Below, piece after piece: positions 25,278 to 36,665 of a stretch of 64,000 bases of DNA; positions within the stretch are counted from its first letter, which is position 1, and every line of letters begins with the position of its first letter. This stretch comes from Squalus acanthias. Taxonomy: Eukaryota. The notes beneath the pieces are model-generated. The model saw nothing but the letters and a program-made list of their open reading frames with translations, was not told the origin of the DNA and did no database searches. Both the position numbers and the translations under genes were made by a program. Where the stretch lies: positions 134,852,001 through 134,916,000 of the forward strand of contig CM059432.1 in assembly GCA_030390025.1 (NCBI GenBank), read 5' to 3'.

Positions 25278-26819
25278 TTGATTTGCAAGCCCAGTGTTTG
25301 CCAGCATACTATTCAACCATGCAAGGCATCACAGAGGAATTGTTAGACAACAAAAAGACTAAGGTCCATCTGGTTCACCTTCAACCATCCTGGTAGTCGC
25401 ATGGTACAACGATAATAATCAAACATCGACACGTGCACTTTCTCGCAGAGATCACTGGGTATGAATCAAGAGCAGCGGCCCTGGCTATTTTTCCCTCCGC
25501 CGCTCAGCACAGAGACCATCTCCAAAACCCCGACCATCGCCCCAGATGAGCTGCTCACTCAGCAGAGGCCAAAACCATTCCGGGGCGTCTGGGTCAGTAA
25601 CAAAACAAGGCCGTGCTTCTGTCCGCTAGAAATGATTTCAATCAAGTTTTCTTTTTAAATGTGCTGTTGCATCCCAAGAAAATCTCCCAAGGAGGTTTCA
25701 CTTTTTACTATTTAGATAGCAGATGCTCTAAACATCGTTGGCACGCTGTTTTACAATCTCATTTGTGTGACAAGAAGTTAAGTTTCCAACTGGCATCCAT
25801 GCACAGGCAAGCAAGCTCAGTGGCGCTTCGAAACACATGAGCATTCCTCTTCTTTCTTCTCTTCCCCCACTTCCACTTCAGCAGATTTTCTTTTAAAAAA
25901 CATAAAAATAATTAAATCTGGTAACTTGCTAACCACGTGGGCTGATAAAGTAGCCGCTCTTGTTGGAAGCTTGATTAAAATCAAATCGCCTCAGAAAATG
26001 TATTCATGACGAGAAGTTAGTAAAAGAAGTGCATTATCACAAGGTTTGACATCAACTTTTTTTTAATGGGACCACTGACCAACAAAGCAACCCCCAAATT
26101 CAAACTATTTTAGCGAAGAAAGTATTCCAAATTTGATCAACGTTGTGATTCTGTCGAAGTACTGAAACCAAATGTTGTCGCCTACTTACTTGTGGAACTA
26201 CTCGTTTCTTCTACCTTACTAACACTGTACCCAGGGAATGAGAATAGCTGTGAAATCAGACAGAATCCCTGACATGCATTCTAACCATTATGGCCTCGTC
26301 ACACCCCGACCTCAGCAAAGGAAAACCAGGGGAATGTTCGGGTCAAAAACAGAACTTTTTGAAAATACACCACAGGCAAGGCAAGGCCACAGTGGGTATA
26401 AAACCTGTCCGGGTTCCTTCCCATTTCACAGCTATTCTGATTCCTTGGGAACAGCGTAACTAGGGTATAAGAAACTTGGTAGTTCTACAAATGGGTAGGT
26501 GGCAAAATTGATTCCAGCAGGTAGCTCACCTAACTCTCTTTAGTCTTTCCATTGGTTGACAGACTTGCTGTGAATTGCCACCAAGTTGTGTTTTTATTTC
26601 AAATTTACAGCAGGCAGAGTTTTTCTTTTTACATCTATACTGTTCTGCCTGGTTTGCTCTGCCACAGCTTCAAGGCAATCCAGATACTAGATTGCAGGCT
26701 GCATGGCACAATGACAAGCGGTGTCAGATCCACTGGATTGCTGCATGATGCATAATACGCACATGACTGGCAGACCTTTGGGGGACACACTTACATGAGC
26801 CTGGCCCCAAACTTAAGAA

Positions 26820-27790
26820 TCTTGAGACGTGGCAGCCATCCATCTCGGAAGACAATGGCGTGAGCGCCAAAACAGTTGTTACTTTGGCACACTGCGAGTG
26901 GCTGAAGAGCCCAATTCTCAAGTAGCAGTCAGCGTCACAGGTAGTGCAGGCGTAAGTCACAGGGCCAGATCTACAGATCAGCCATGATCTAATTGAATGG
27001 CGGAACAGTCTCGAGGGACTGAATGGCCCCCTCCTGTTCATATGCTCCTAGATGATGAACCCCGCGCAGTATTAACTCTTGAAGCCTCATGCGCTTTCCT
27101 CTTCTTTCTCTCTCAGCCAACTCTCTTCAGCTTCCCCGATACATGGCAGCCCTCCACAGTAGCTTGATGTTAGCCACATCTTCACAGCTTGTGCTATCGA
27201 TGTTAAAAGTTTTCAAGTCCCTCTTCTGAACATCTTTAAACCTGAGCCGAACATCTTTAAACCTGAGCCTAGGTCAGCCTTGCAGCATCTGCAAGTTCTC
27301 CATGCAAGAGATCTTTCCAATACGCCCATCTTCCAGCTGATAAAGGCGACCGAGCCACGGGAGGCGTCTTTGAGAAAAGTTAATGGACTTGGCTTCCTCA
27401 AGTACGTTGGTGTCACACACTTTGTCTTCCCACTTGATGTGTAGAATATGGTGAAGACTGCGGGTGTGGAAAGAGTTGGGTCTTCTCTCATGCCTGCTGT
27501 AGGTGGTCCAGGTCTCGCTCCCATACATCAACATGCTCAGAACGCATGTTTCGTAGACCCATATCGTGGCATTCAATGTCAATCTCCTATTATTCCACAG
27601 ACGCTTAGTCAATTGGCTGAATGTGGCTGCTGCCTTTCCAATGCGCGTTTAGCTCATTATCTAGAGATAGGTTATCCGACACAGTTGATCCCAGGCAGCA
27701 GAACTTGCGTACAACTTCTAGCCTGGTATGAGCTATTGAGGCTTCTGATGCAGTCAACACACCCCAGGTATTTTGGTCTGATGAAAATAG
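26820..27790 (-). mobile_element. Older RTE LINE fragment
   Basis: VRKFCCLGSTVSDNLSLD and LMYGSETWTTYSRHERR...HILHIKWEDKV. Confidence 0.82.
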
Positions 27791-27819
27791 AGCCCTCCCA
27801 GATTCTAGCACCAAAAATC

Positions 27820-28197
27820 TCAGTTGGTAGCACTCTCGCCAAAGAGTCAGAAGGTTGTGGGTTCAAGTCCCACACCAGAGACTTGAGCACAAAATAAAGG
27901 CTTACACTCCAATGCAGTGCTGAGGGAGTGCTGCAGTGTCGGAGGTGCTGTCTTTCGGATGAGACGTTAAACCGAGGCCCCGTCTGCCCTCTCAGGTGAT
28001 CGTAAAAGATCCCACGGCACTATATCTGGTCATTATCTCATTGCTGTTTGTGGGAGCTTGCTGTACACAAATTGGCTGCCGCGTTTCCCACATTACAACA
28101 GTGACTACGCTTCAAAAGTACTTCATTGGCTGTAAAGCACTTTGGGACATCCAGAGGTCGTGAAAGGTGCTTTATAAATGCAAGTCTTTCTTTTTCT
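27820..28197 (+). mobile_element. Deu-domain SINE with internal deletion
   Basis: B-box GGTTCAAGTCC, core GAGACGTTAAACCGAGGCCCC and tail ATAAATGCAAGTCTTTC. Confidence 0.85.
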
Positions 28198-28324
28198 TTA
28201 AAGATGAATAACCCTGATAAAACATTTCCATCATAATTAAGCAAGGCTTTGACAATTCATGGAACTGGAAACAATCGCATTTCAGTTTTACTTTACAATT
28301 CCTTTCTAAAGAAATACACGTCAG

Positions 28325-28795
28325 AAAGAAAGAAGAAAGACTTGTATTTCTATAGCATCTTTCACGACCACCGGACGTCTCAAAGCGCTTTACAGCTAAT
28401 GACGTACTTTTGAAGTGGAGTCACTGTTGTAATGTGGGAAAAGCAGCAGCCAATTTGCGCACAGCAAGCTCCCGCAAACAGCAATGTGCTAATGACCAGA
28501 TAATCTGTTTTTGTTATGTTGGTTGAGGGATAAATATTGGCCAGAATACCAGGGAGAACGCCCCTACTCTTCGAAATAGCGCCATGGGATCTTTTACGCC
28601 CACCTGAGAGGGCAGTCAGGGCCTCGGTTTAACGGCTCATCCAAAAGACGGCACCTCCGACAGTGCAGCACTCCCTCAGCGCTGCACTGGAGTGTCAGCC
28701 TGGATTTTGTGCTCAAGTCCCTGGTGTGGGACTTGAACTCACGACCTTCTGACTCAGAGGCGAGGGTGCTACCCACTGAGCCACGGCTGACACTG
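28325..28795 (-). mobile_element. Full-length Deu-domain SINE (SacSINE1-like)
   Basis: A-box TGGCTCAGTGG, B-box GTTCAAGTC, central core and (TTTC)n tail. Confidence 0.88.
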
Positions 28796-30070
28796 AGTCA
28801 GCCTCCATCCATTGTCTAGCTTTAACATGAAGCACTTTAGTGAGCGCGCAAGGATGTCTATTCATAGCTGTAGGAGGGCAATGAAAGTGCCCCAAAAATC
28901 ACATGTCCAATGAGCACTGCAAAACAGTCAGCCTACCACTTCCGAGGCCAGCCTGCGACAGTCTCCGACACAAGCAGATCTCGCAAAATACATGCCGACA
29001 GCCTGATCCACAAATGAAGTCCCCAACCATAGTAAGGGGACACCATTAAAAAAAAGTTTCAATTAAAAATCGTGAACGGTTTTGATAAAGTAAATAATGA
29101 GAAACCGTTTCCAGTGGCAGAAGGGTCATTAACCAGAGGACACAGATTGAAGGTCATTGGCAAAAGGAACAGAGACAACATGAGGAAAATAAAATTTACG
29201 CAGCGAGTTGTCTGTGATCTGGAATGCACTGTCTGAAAGGGTGGTGGAAGCAGATTCAATAATAACTTTCAAAAGGGAATTGGATAAATACTTGAATGGA
29301 AACATTTGCTGGGCAATGGGGAAAGAGCGGGGCAGTGGGACTAATTGGAGAGCTCTTTCAAAGAGCCGGCACAGGCACGATGGGCCGAATAGCCTCTTGC
29401 TGTGCTGTATCATTCTATATCTGTACACATTAAATTATCTACTGTCAGTACACACTTTCTGTTTAATGTACAAATGGAAGCACTCCACCGAATCGGCTGC
29501 TGCACAGATGCCAATCCCAGCTTATGCCACCAGATCTCAACATAAACACAGGGTCACAGACAACACTGTGCCTAGAATACTGATCGATTGAAATTTACTT
29601 CAAGAGTGTGAACATCACATAGTTAACTGATCAAAGATACAGGCCATCCAAGCCCTCCTTTGGAATAGTGCCACATCACAAGCTGCTTACGCACACTACA
29701 AAAAATCTGTTACCCTGATGTAACTTCTTTTTTTGAAAGCAGGTTAGGATCTTTCGGGAATTTCTGACCTTGGCCAGATTTAGGGGATTCCCCGGTGATG
29801 GGGGGGGGGCGCGGAATCCAGACCCAAAGATTGAAATGGTCCTCAGTAAAAAAAAATAACACGAAGGCAATCACTCAGAAAATTTTCACTGTTACGCTTT
29901 AATGAGATGCATTTAAGGGGATGCTAGATAAGTACATGAGGGAGAAAGGAACGGAAGGATATGCTGATAGGGTGAGATGAAGTAGGGTGGGAGGAGGCTC
30001 ATGTGGAGCATAAACACCAGCATAGAGCAGTTGGGCCGAATGGCCTGTTTCATGTACTGTAAAATTCTAT

Positions 30071-30785
30071 GGCCCGTAATTTCCGTTAGGAGGCTTCCCG
30101 CGTGCGGAGGCCTCCTATCGGAAAAAAATCTACCCTCTTACCTGAGGGCTCCCGAGGTCCGGACACTTCCGCTCCTGGGCCTCGCCACAGTCGAAATGCG
30201 CAGGGCCCACGTATCCCAGGGGCGCAGGCAGTTCGCAAGCGTCCCTAGGATCACGTGGGCCAGGCCAGCCAATAGGAGAAGGGAATCTCCCTTCATATAT
30301 TTGACGGGTCTATCTGTCAAGTGTATGAATGAAGATCAGCCCAAAAACACATCAAAACATTAAATAATTTTTTTTAAACCATCACGTTTTTTAAATGAGT
30401 TAAAATTACATTAAATTAAATATTTAACAAAAATTTCATATTTTGAAAAAAATAATTTTAATAATTATAAAAGTATTTTTAAATTATAAATGATTGAAAT
30501 TTTTAAAAAACTTTTTTCAACTCTTATGCTGGTAAAAGCAGTCCCTACGCCTGCTTTTACCAGGCGTAACATTTCTAAGGGTTTTCTGCGGGCGGAGGTT
30601 CTCCAGAAAGCGGAACTATCCGCCTGCAGAGGCCCTTCTCCAGGGCAGGCGTCCGATCTGTCGAGAGCATTCTTGACAGATCGGAAATGCCGGTTTTCAG
30701 CGCATGCCTGAAACCGGCATTTCCGATGTCCCTACGGGTGGGTACACAGCCCGCACACACCCGTAGGCATCGGAAAATACGGCCC
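30071..30785. mobile_element. Harbinger-type MITE, copy B
   Basis: TIR GGCCCGTAATTTCCG / CGGAAAATACGGCCC; reverse-orientation homolog of 42763-43517; inserted in a CR1 tail. Confidence 0.87.
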
Positions 30786-31991
30786 ATTGTAAAAACTATT
30801 GAGCAAAGCCACTAAATGCTTACTTTTCCATGTATTACTGCATTTTTGTACTATTTTTAAACCATGTGAAGAGCACCGCAGCAATATAATTTCAAGTGGT
30901 AAACAGAAGATAGTGGCTCGGATAAACTTGCAATTGTATTGTTTCCGATTGGTGTCAACCTTAACTAACCTATTTCTACATAGCAAAGAAATGTATAGAG
31001 ACATCAGCACTGAGTCTTTGTTCAAGAAGAAAGCGACAAGTTACATACAACTATTTCCAGCTTAAAGCAATACCCAACAATACGAACAGCACTGTGGGAG
31101 CACCTTCACCACACGGACTGCAGCGGTTCAAGGCGGCGGCTCACCACCACCTTCTCAAGGGCAACTTGGGATGGGCAATAAATGCTGGCCTTGCCAGCGA
31201 CGCCCAGATCACATACACGAATAAAAAAAAAATCCCAGTGAAAATCTCATAAGGACATAAGAAATAGGAGCAGGAGTCGGCCATTCGGCCCTTCAAGCCT
31301 GTCCCGCATCAAGGCAAGTTATGGCCCATTGGGACATGTGTTTCAATACTCATCATGTCATCTCCTCAAGTACTGTGGTAGAGGGAGATGACAATACTTT
31401 GTGCTGGAGAGTGCTTTTACCGAAAATAATACAGATCTTGGATGGATTACCAGGCAGTAACTTCATCAAGGGATCTAGGTGATGAAAAGCCCGGAAAGCA
31501 AACCTTCAGTGGTTTATAACAATCTACTGAACCCCAGAATTAAAGCAATGCAAAAAAGGAGAGAGAGAGAGAGAGAAAGAGAAGCGGATTAGGACAGAGA
31601 GAAATAGAGACGCAAAAAGAATTAAGGGGAGAAAAGCAGGAGAGAAGATAGAGAGAGAGACAGAGGCCGTACTTCAACGCTGTACTGAGGGAGTGCTGCA
31701 TTGTTGGAGTTGCCATCTTCCAGATGAGACAATAAACCGAGACCCTGTCTGCCCCCTCAGGTGGACGTAAAAGATTCTGCGGCACTATTTTCAAGGACAG
31801 GGGAGTTCTCCCAGTGTCTTGGCCAACATAACAAAATCACTAAAAACCAGATTATCTACTCATTATCTCACTGCTGTTTGTGGGATCTTGCTATGTGTAA
31901 ATTGGCTTCCACGTTTCCCTAAACTACAACAGTAACTACATTTTATTGGCTTTGGGACGTACTGATGTCACAAAAGATGCTACATAAATCC

Positions 31992-33135
31992 TCCACATAA
32001 TAGGGTTGCCAGCAAAGTTCATGCCCATGGAATAAAAGGGACAGTGGCAGCATGGATACGGAATTGGCTCAGTGACAGGAAACAGAGAGTAATGGTGAAC
32101 GGTTGTTTTTCAAACTGGAGGAAGGTATGCAGTGGTGTTCCCCAGGGGTCGGTACTAGGACCATTGCTTTTCTTGATATATATTAATGACTTGGACTTGG
32201 ATGTACAGGGCACAATTTCAAAATTTGCAGATGACGCAAAACTTGGAAGTATAGTGAACAGTGAGGAGGAGAGTGATCGACTTCAAGATGACAAGACAGG
32301 CTGGAGAAATGGGCGGACATGTGGCAGATGAAATTTAATGCAGAAGATTGCAAAGTGATACATTTTGGTAGGAAGAACGAGGAGAGGCAATATAAACTAA
32401 AGGGTACAATTCTAAAGGGGGTGCATGAATTGAGAGACCTGGGGGTATATGTGCACAAATTGTTGAAGGTGGCAGGGCAGGTTGAGAAAGCGGTTAATAA
32501 AGCATATGGGATCCTGGGCTTTATAAATAGAGGCATAGAGTACGAAGGCAAGTAATTTATGAAGAACCTTTATAAAACACTGGTTCGGACTCAACTGGAG
32601 TATTGTGTCTAGTTCTGGGCACCACACTTTAGGAAGGATGTGAAGGCCTTAGAGAGGGTGCAGAAAGGATTTACAAGAATGGTTCCAGGGATGAGGGACT
32701 TCAGTTACGTGGATAGACTGGAGAAGCTGGGGTTGTTCTCCTTAGAGCAGAGAAGGTTGAGGGGAGATTTGATAGAGGTGTTCAAATTCATAAGGGATCT
32801 AGACAGAGTAGATAGTGAGAAACTGTTCCCATTGGCGGAAGGGTCGAGAACCAGAGGACACAGATTTAAGGTGATTGGCAGAAGAACCAAAGGCAACATG
32901 AGGTAAACTTTTTTACGCAGCGAGTGGTTATGATCTGGAATGCACTGCCTGAAAGGGTGGTGGAGGCAGATTCAATCATGGCTTTCAAAAGGGAATTAGA
33001 GAAGTAGCTGAAGGAAAAAAATTTGCAGGGCTACGGGGAAAGGGCGGGGGAGTGGGACTAGCTGAAGTGCTCTTGCGGAGAGCCAGCACGGGCTCGACGG
33101 GCCGAATGGCCTTTTTCTGTGCAGCTATGATTCTA
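31992..33135 (+). mobile_element. CR1/HER1-type LINE fragment, same family as 6546-9030
   Basis: [19 protein letters not shown] and KFADDAKL motifs plus 3' tail. Confidence 0.93.
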
Positions 33136-33211
33136 AATGCAAGTTCTTTCTAACCTTAGAAGAGAGACAGCAGCATGTAGACAGCAGAGACAGATAGAGA
33201 GTGACACTATA

Positions 33212-33672
33212 AAGAAAGACTTGCATTTTTATGGCACCTTTCATGATCACCGGACGTCCCAAAGCGCTTTACAGCCAAAGTACTTTTTGAAGTGTAGTCA
33301 CTGTTGGTATGTAGGAAACGTGGTAGCCAATTTGCGCACAGGAAGCTCCCATACACAGCAATGTGATAATGACCAGATGATCTGTTTTAGTGATGTTGAT
33401 TGAGAGATAAATATTGGCCAAGACACCAGGGATAACTCCCCTGCTCTTCTTCGAAATAGTGCCGTGGGATCTTTTATGTCCACCCGAGAGAGCAGACGGG
33501 ACCTCGGTTTAACGTCTCATCCAAAAGACGGCACCTCTGACAGTGCAGCACTCCCTCAGCACTGCACTGGAGTGTCAGCCTGGATTTTGCTCTCAATCTC
33601 TGGAGTGGGACTTGAACCCACAACCTTCTGACTCAGAGACGAGGGTGCTACCCACTGAGCCAGGGCTGACAC
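33212..33672 (-). mobile_element. Full-length Deu-domain SINE
   Basis: Colinear with 28325-28795. Other copies at 15840-16035, 31680-31990, 51980-52218 and 57595-58004. Confidence 0.88.
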
Positions 33673-35125
33673 ACACATTCTACAACATACCATGTGCAAC
33701 ACCTTGGGAGATCAACTAGTAATATATAGAAAAGTCTTGCGTATAGCATGCATTCCCTGTAAGGGAATGTACAAATCAAAAGTAAAGAAAGCAGCTAAAA
33801 AATTAGTGGCCCATATAGTATGCGTTACATTGTTAGAAAACAGCATATCATCCAACTCATGGTAACTCCATAGATCATCTGTTAGATATAGTCAAATATA
33901 TAAAACCACAAACCAACAGAGCCACAAATCCAATTACTAGGCAGGGTTTATTTTTGTTAATAACACCAAACACTGCTTTCAACTTTGCAAAATATCACTA
34001 AAGCATGAAGTTGCCCAAAATCAAAGCAGGCACCTTTAAGTAGTTTTACACCACTGTGGTGGTGTACCAGCTGCAACGTAATGGCAACCGGTTTGACACA
34101 AAGTTTAAATGTTATTCGGCAGTTCAATTGACTGCCTAAGAGCTGCTAAAACTTTAATTTTAACATTAACAGAGAGCCAACTATCCCAATGGCCCTTTGT
34201 TAACATTACAACCTGACTACCACTTGGCTGACAGCAAGTGAAGCAGGCATGCACACACAGGGTTCATTTTCCCAGATCAGAGTGATGGAGTCGACAGTTT
34301 ACATCAAGTCTGCCAGCCCCATATTGGTCTAAGCATAACAGAGCTTAAGTGGGGGAGAAAAGTTTTCCTTCTAGTAACCACAACTGTTATGTTTAAATCA
34401 ATATGGAACTGGCAGGCCTGATGTACACTCTGTTAGTATTAAAATGAAAGTTTAAGCAGTTGTTAAGACTGCCTAGAAACTTAGCTCGGTTACCAAGGCA
34501 GTAAAGTTAAAGGTTAAAAAATACTATTCTGTTCGATTACACTAGAATTTCAACAATTACTTTGCATCACACTTTACTAACACCTACCTATACCAAAGCA
34601 AAATGTGAATACCAATTAACTTGCATCATATCCGATGACGAGTTAGGATATCAATATCCTACAGCAAGGACCGAGTGCTAAAATATATTAACATGGCAAG
34701 AAACGCCTCGGGTTCCAACCACGAGTAGAAGCACCAATATCACCTGTAAAATGGTCCTTCTACAGATGACCATGCTCAACACAAGTGGATAATTTTGCAA
34801 AAAAAAATGTAGCAATGAATCTACACTGTAGCAATCACGTGTCTAATCTATTTCACTTCACCTCACCAGAGATGTTGCTCAAAATGTAAATCGTCTCAAG
34901 CACTCATCTTATGCACTCGTGCATCCTTTGAAAAAGCAAAAAAGATACATTCCCCCCCCCCCCCCCCCCCAAATAAAAGCCCAATAATGTTCCCGTCCTC
35001 CCACAGAAGAAACACCCCCCCTTTCCCCGAGCAATCAACAGACGTTTTGCAAAACTGTTTTTGCTTCTTGAAGTGCCCTGTAAATGGTGTTCTTCTCTGC
35101 TCCCCCCCGCGCGCCAACACTGCAT

Positions 35126-35556
35126 CCCCGGGGCCACATTCCATCCCATTGTGACGCGCGTTGTGTTGTGTGTCCCTCGCGCGGCCGCTCCGTCCCCCGG
35201 GCCACATTCCATCCCATTGTGACCCCCTCGTTCTGTTTGCGTTCCATCCCATTGTGACGCGTTGTGTTGTGTTGTGTGTCCCTCGCGCGGCCGCTCCGTC
35301 CCCCGGGCCACATTCCATCCCATTGTGACCCCCTCGTTCTGTTTGCGTTCCATCCCATTGTGACGCGTTGTGTTGTGTTGTGTCCCTCGCGCGGCCGCTC
35401 CGTCCCCGGGCCACATTCCATCCCATTGTGACCCCCTCGTTCTGTTTGCGTTCCATCCCATTGTGACGCGTTGTGTTTTGTGTCCCCCCCCCCCAACCTT
35501 CCCCTTCGCAAACCCCCCGCGCGCGGCCGCTCCATTCCCCCGGGGGCCACATTCCA
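35126..35556. repeat. GC-rich minisatellite (VNTR), ~103-106-bp unit, at the 5' end of CTDP1 intron 1
   Basis: GGGCCACATTCC recurs at 35131, 35199, 35305, 35408 and 35544. Each unit has GCGGCCGC; full units carry two TTCCATCCCATTGTGAC sub-repeats. Confidence 0.95.
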
Positions 35557-35576
35557 CGGCCTGGCCTGGCTCTTAC

Positions 35577-35926
35577 CCGCTGGGCACCACTTGGCCCGGC
35601 TGCCAGCACAGCTCCTTCACCACACCGGCCCGGTCCGACTTCACCCGCTTCTCCTGCGGCCGAGACCGGGGCCTCTCGCGTTCGGCGCCGCTCTCGTGCT
35701 CCACGGGGAGGCAGTGAGCCAGCACCGTGCCGATTTGCACCGGCCAGCCCACTCTGACGCTCCATTCCAGCAGCCGCAGGGGTCTGGAGCCCGGGGCCGA
35801 CACTTCCAGCACGGCCCGAGCTGTGGCGACGGCGACGGCGCTGCTGCCGGTTCCAGTTGCCGCCGGGCCGTCCTGATCCTGCTCTGGGTCCCGGTCCCGG
35901 TCCGACTCCTCCGCCAACGCCGCCAT
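35577..35926 (-). CDS. CTDP1: CTDP1 (FCP1) coding exon 1, N-terminal region
   Basis: ATG at 35926 (AAGATGGCG). Translation ...LRLLEWSVRVGWPVQIGTVLA...KRVKSDRAGVVKELCWQPGQVVPSG matches the vertebrate FCP1 N-terminus. Phase-2 donor GG|gtaaga at 35576; lies in a CpG island. Confidence 0.95.
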
Positions 35927-36130
35927 CTTCTAACCGCTGGGAGGGGGGGTGGGGAAGAAAAAAATGATTTTTTAAAAACAAATCCTCAGCTTGCAGACAC
36001 GGAAATATTCAAAGGCAGAAGTGCAATAAAAGGTTCACTCTTCCCGCCTGTAAACAGGAAATAATACACCCGGAGCCCGCACAGGGAACTTCCGGTACAC
36101 ATGCAGGGATCTTACAGTACGTCTTCCGAC
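35918..36130 (-). promoter_or_regulatory. CTDP1 5'UTR / TATA-less housekeeping promoter
   Basis: YY1-type AAGATGGCGGC overlaps the start codon. ETS-type ACTTCCGG (~36088) and CAGGAAAT (~36055), E2F-like TTCCCGCC (~36041). Adjacent to the CpG island. Confidence 0.6.
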
Positions 36131-36389
36131 CACACTGTCCCATTGCACACACACACAGACATCTGTGCAAACTATTACTTTGCAGCGTGTAGGAGATTTA
36201 TACCTCACCATCGATTTGACTGTGCTACAAAAGCATGCAGACTGTCATTGCATTCAGTAAAGCTGACAACAGACCCCCCCAAAAAGAAAACATGACAGAT
36301 GAAGAATCAGGCCTGAGTTATGACAGGTGAAAAGGAGGAGTTAGACTGAAAGTGCAGTTGGACATGGGTTTGTCATCTGCACATTTGGC

Positions 36390-36665
36390 CTGTGCCCAGG
36401 ATTGTGCCCAGGATTGTCCCCGGAGTCTCCAGGATTGAAAGATTCATCTCCTGCACACTGCTGCAAGCAACCCAGGAGAAAAATCATCGGGGCATTGAAA
36501 AAATATTTCTGTTATTTTAATAATGTTCTTTGAACACTTTCATTTCTTAGTTGTAAAAAAATATTGTTGATGGGGAAGAATGGCTACTTGACTGGGTGGG
36601 ACAGTTAGAGGCGGGAGGCCAGGTGAAACCTCCAGGAATATGTCCAGCCAGAGTTAGCAACCCTG
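36390..36665. mobile_element. hAT-like non-autonomous fragment
   Basis: Ends in TTAGCAACCCTG, with repeated CCAGGA subterminal motifs; left TIR not seen. Confidence 0.5.

Noticed and set aside
28720..28795. tRNA gene
   Set aside because: The A/B boxes belong to a SINE head continuous with the SINE body, and no full cloverleaf is evident. The same holds at 43870-43940 and 33600-33672.
35126..35556. CRISPR-like repeat-spacer array
   Set aside because: The intervening sequences are themselves repeated, the context is a vertebrate intron and there are no cas genes.
34896..36064. Long ORFs (361, 217, 197 and 171 aa) around exon 1
   Set aside because: They arise from the GC-rich VNTR and CpG island (stop-poor, repeated peptides). 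Only the frame starting at 35926 matches FCP1.
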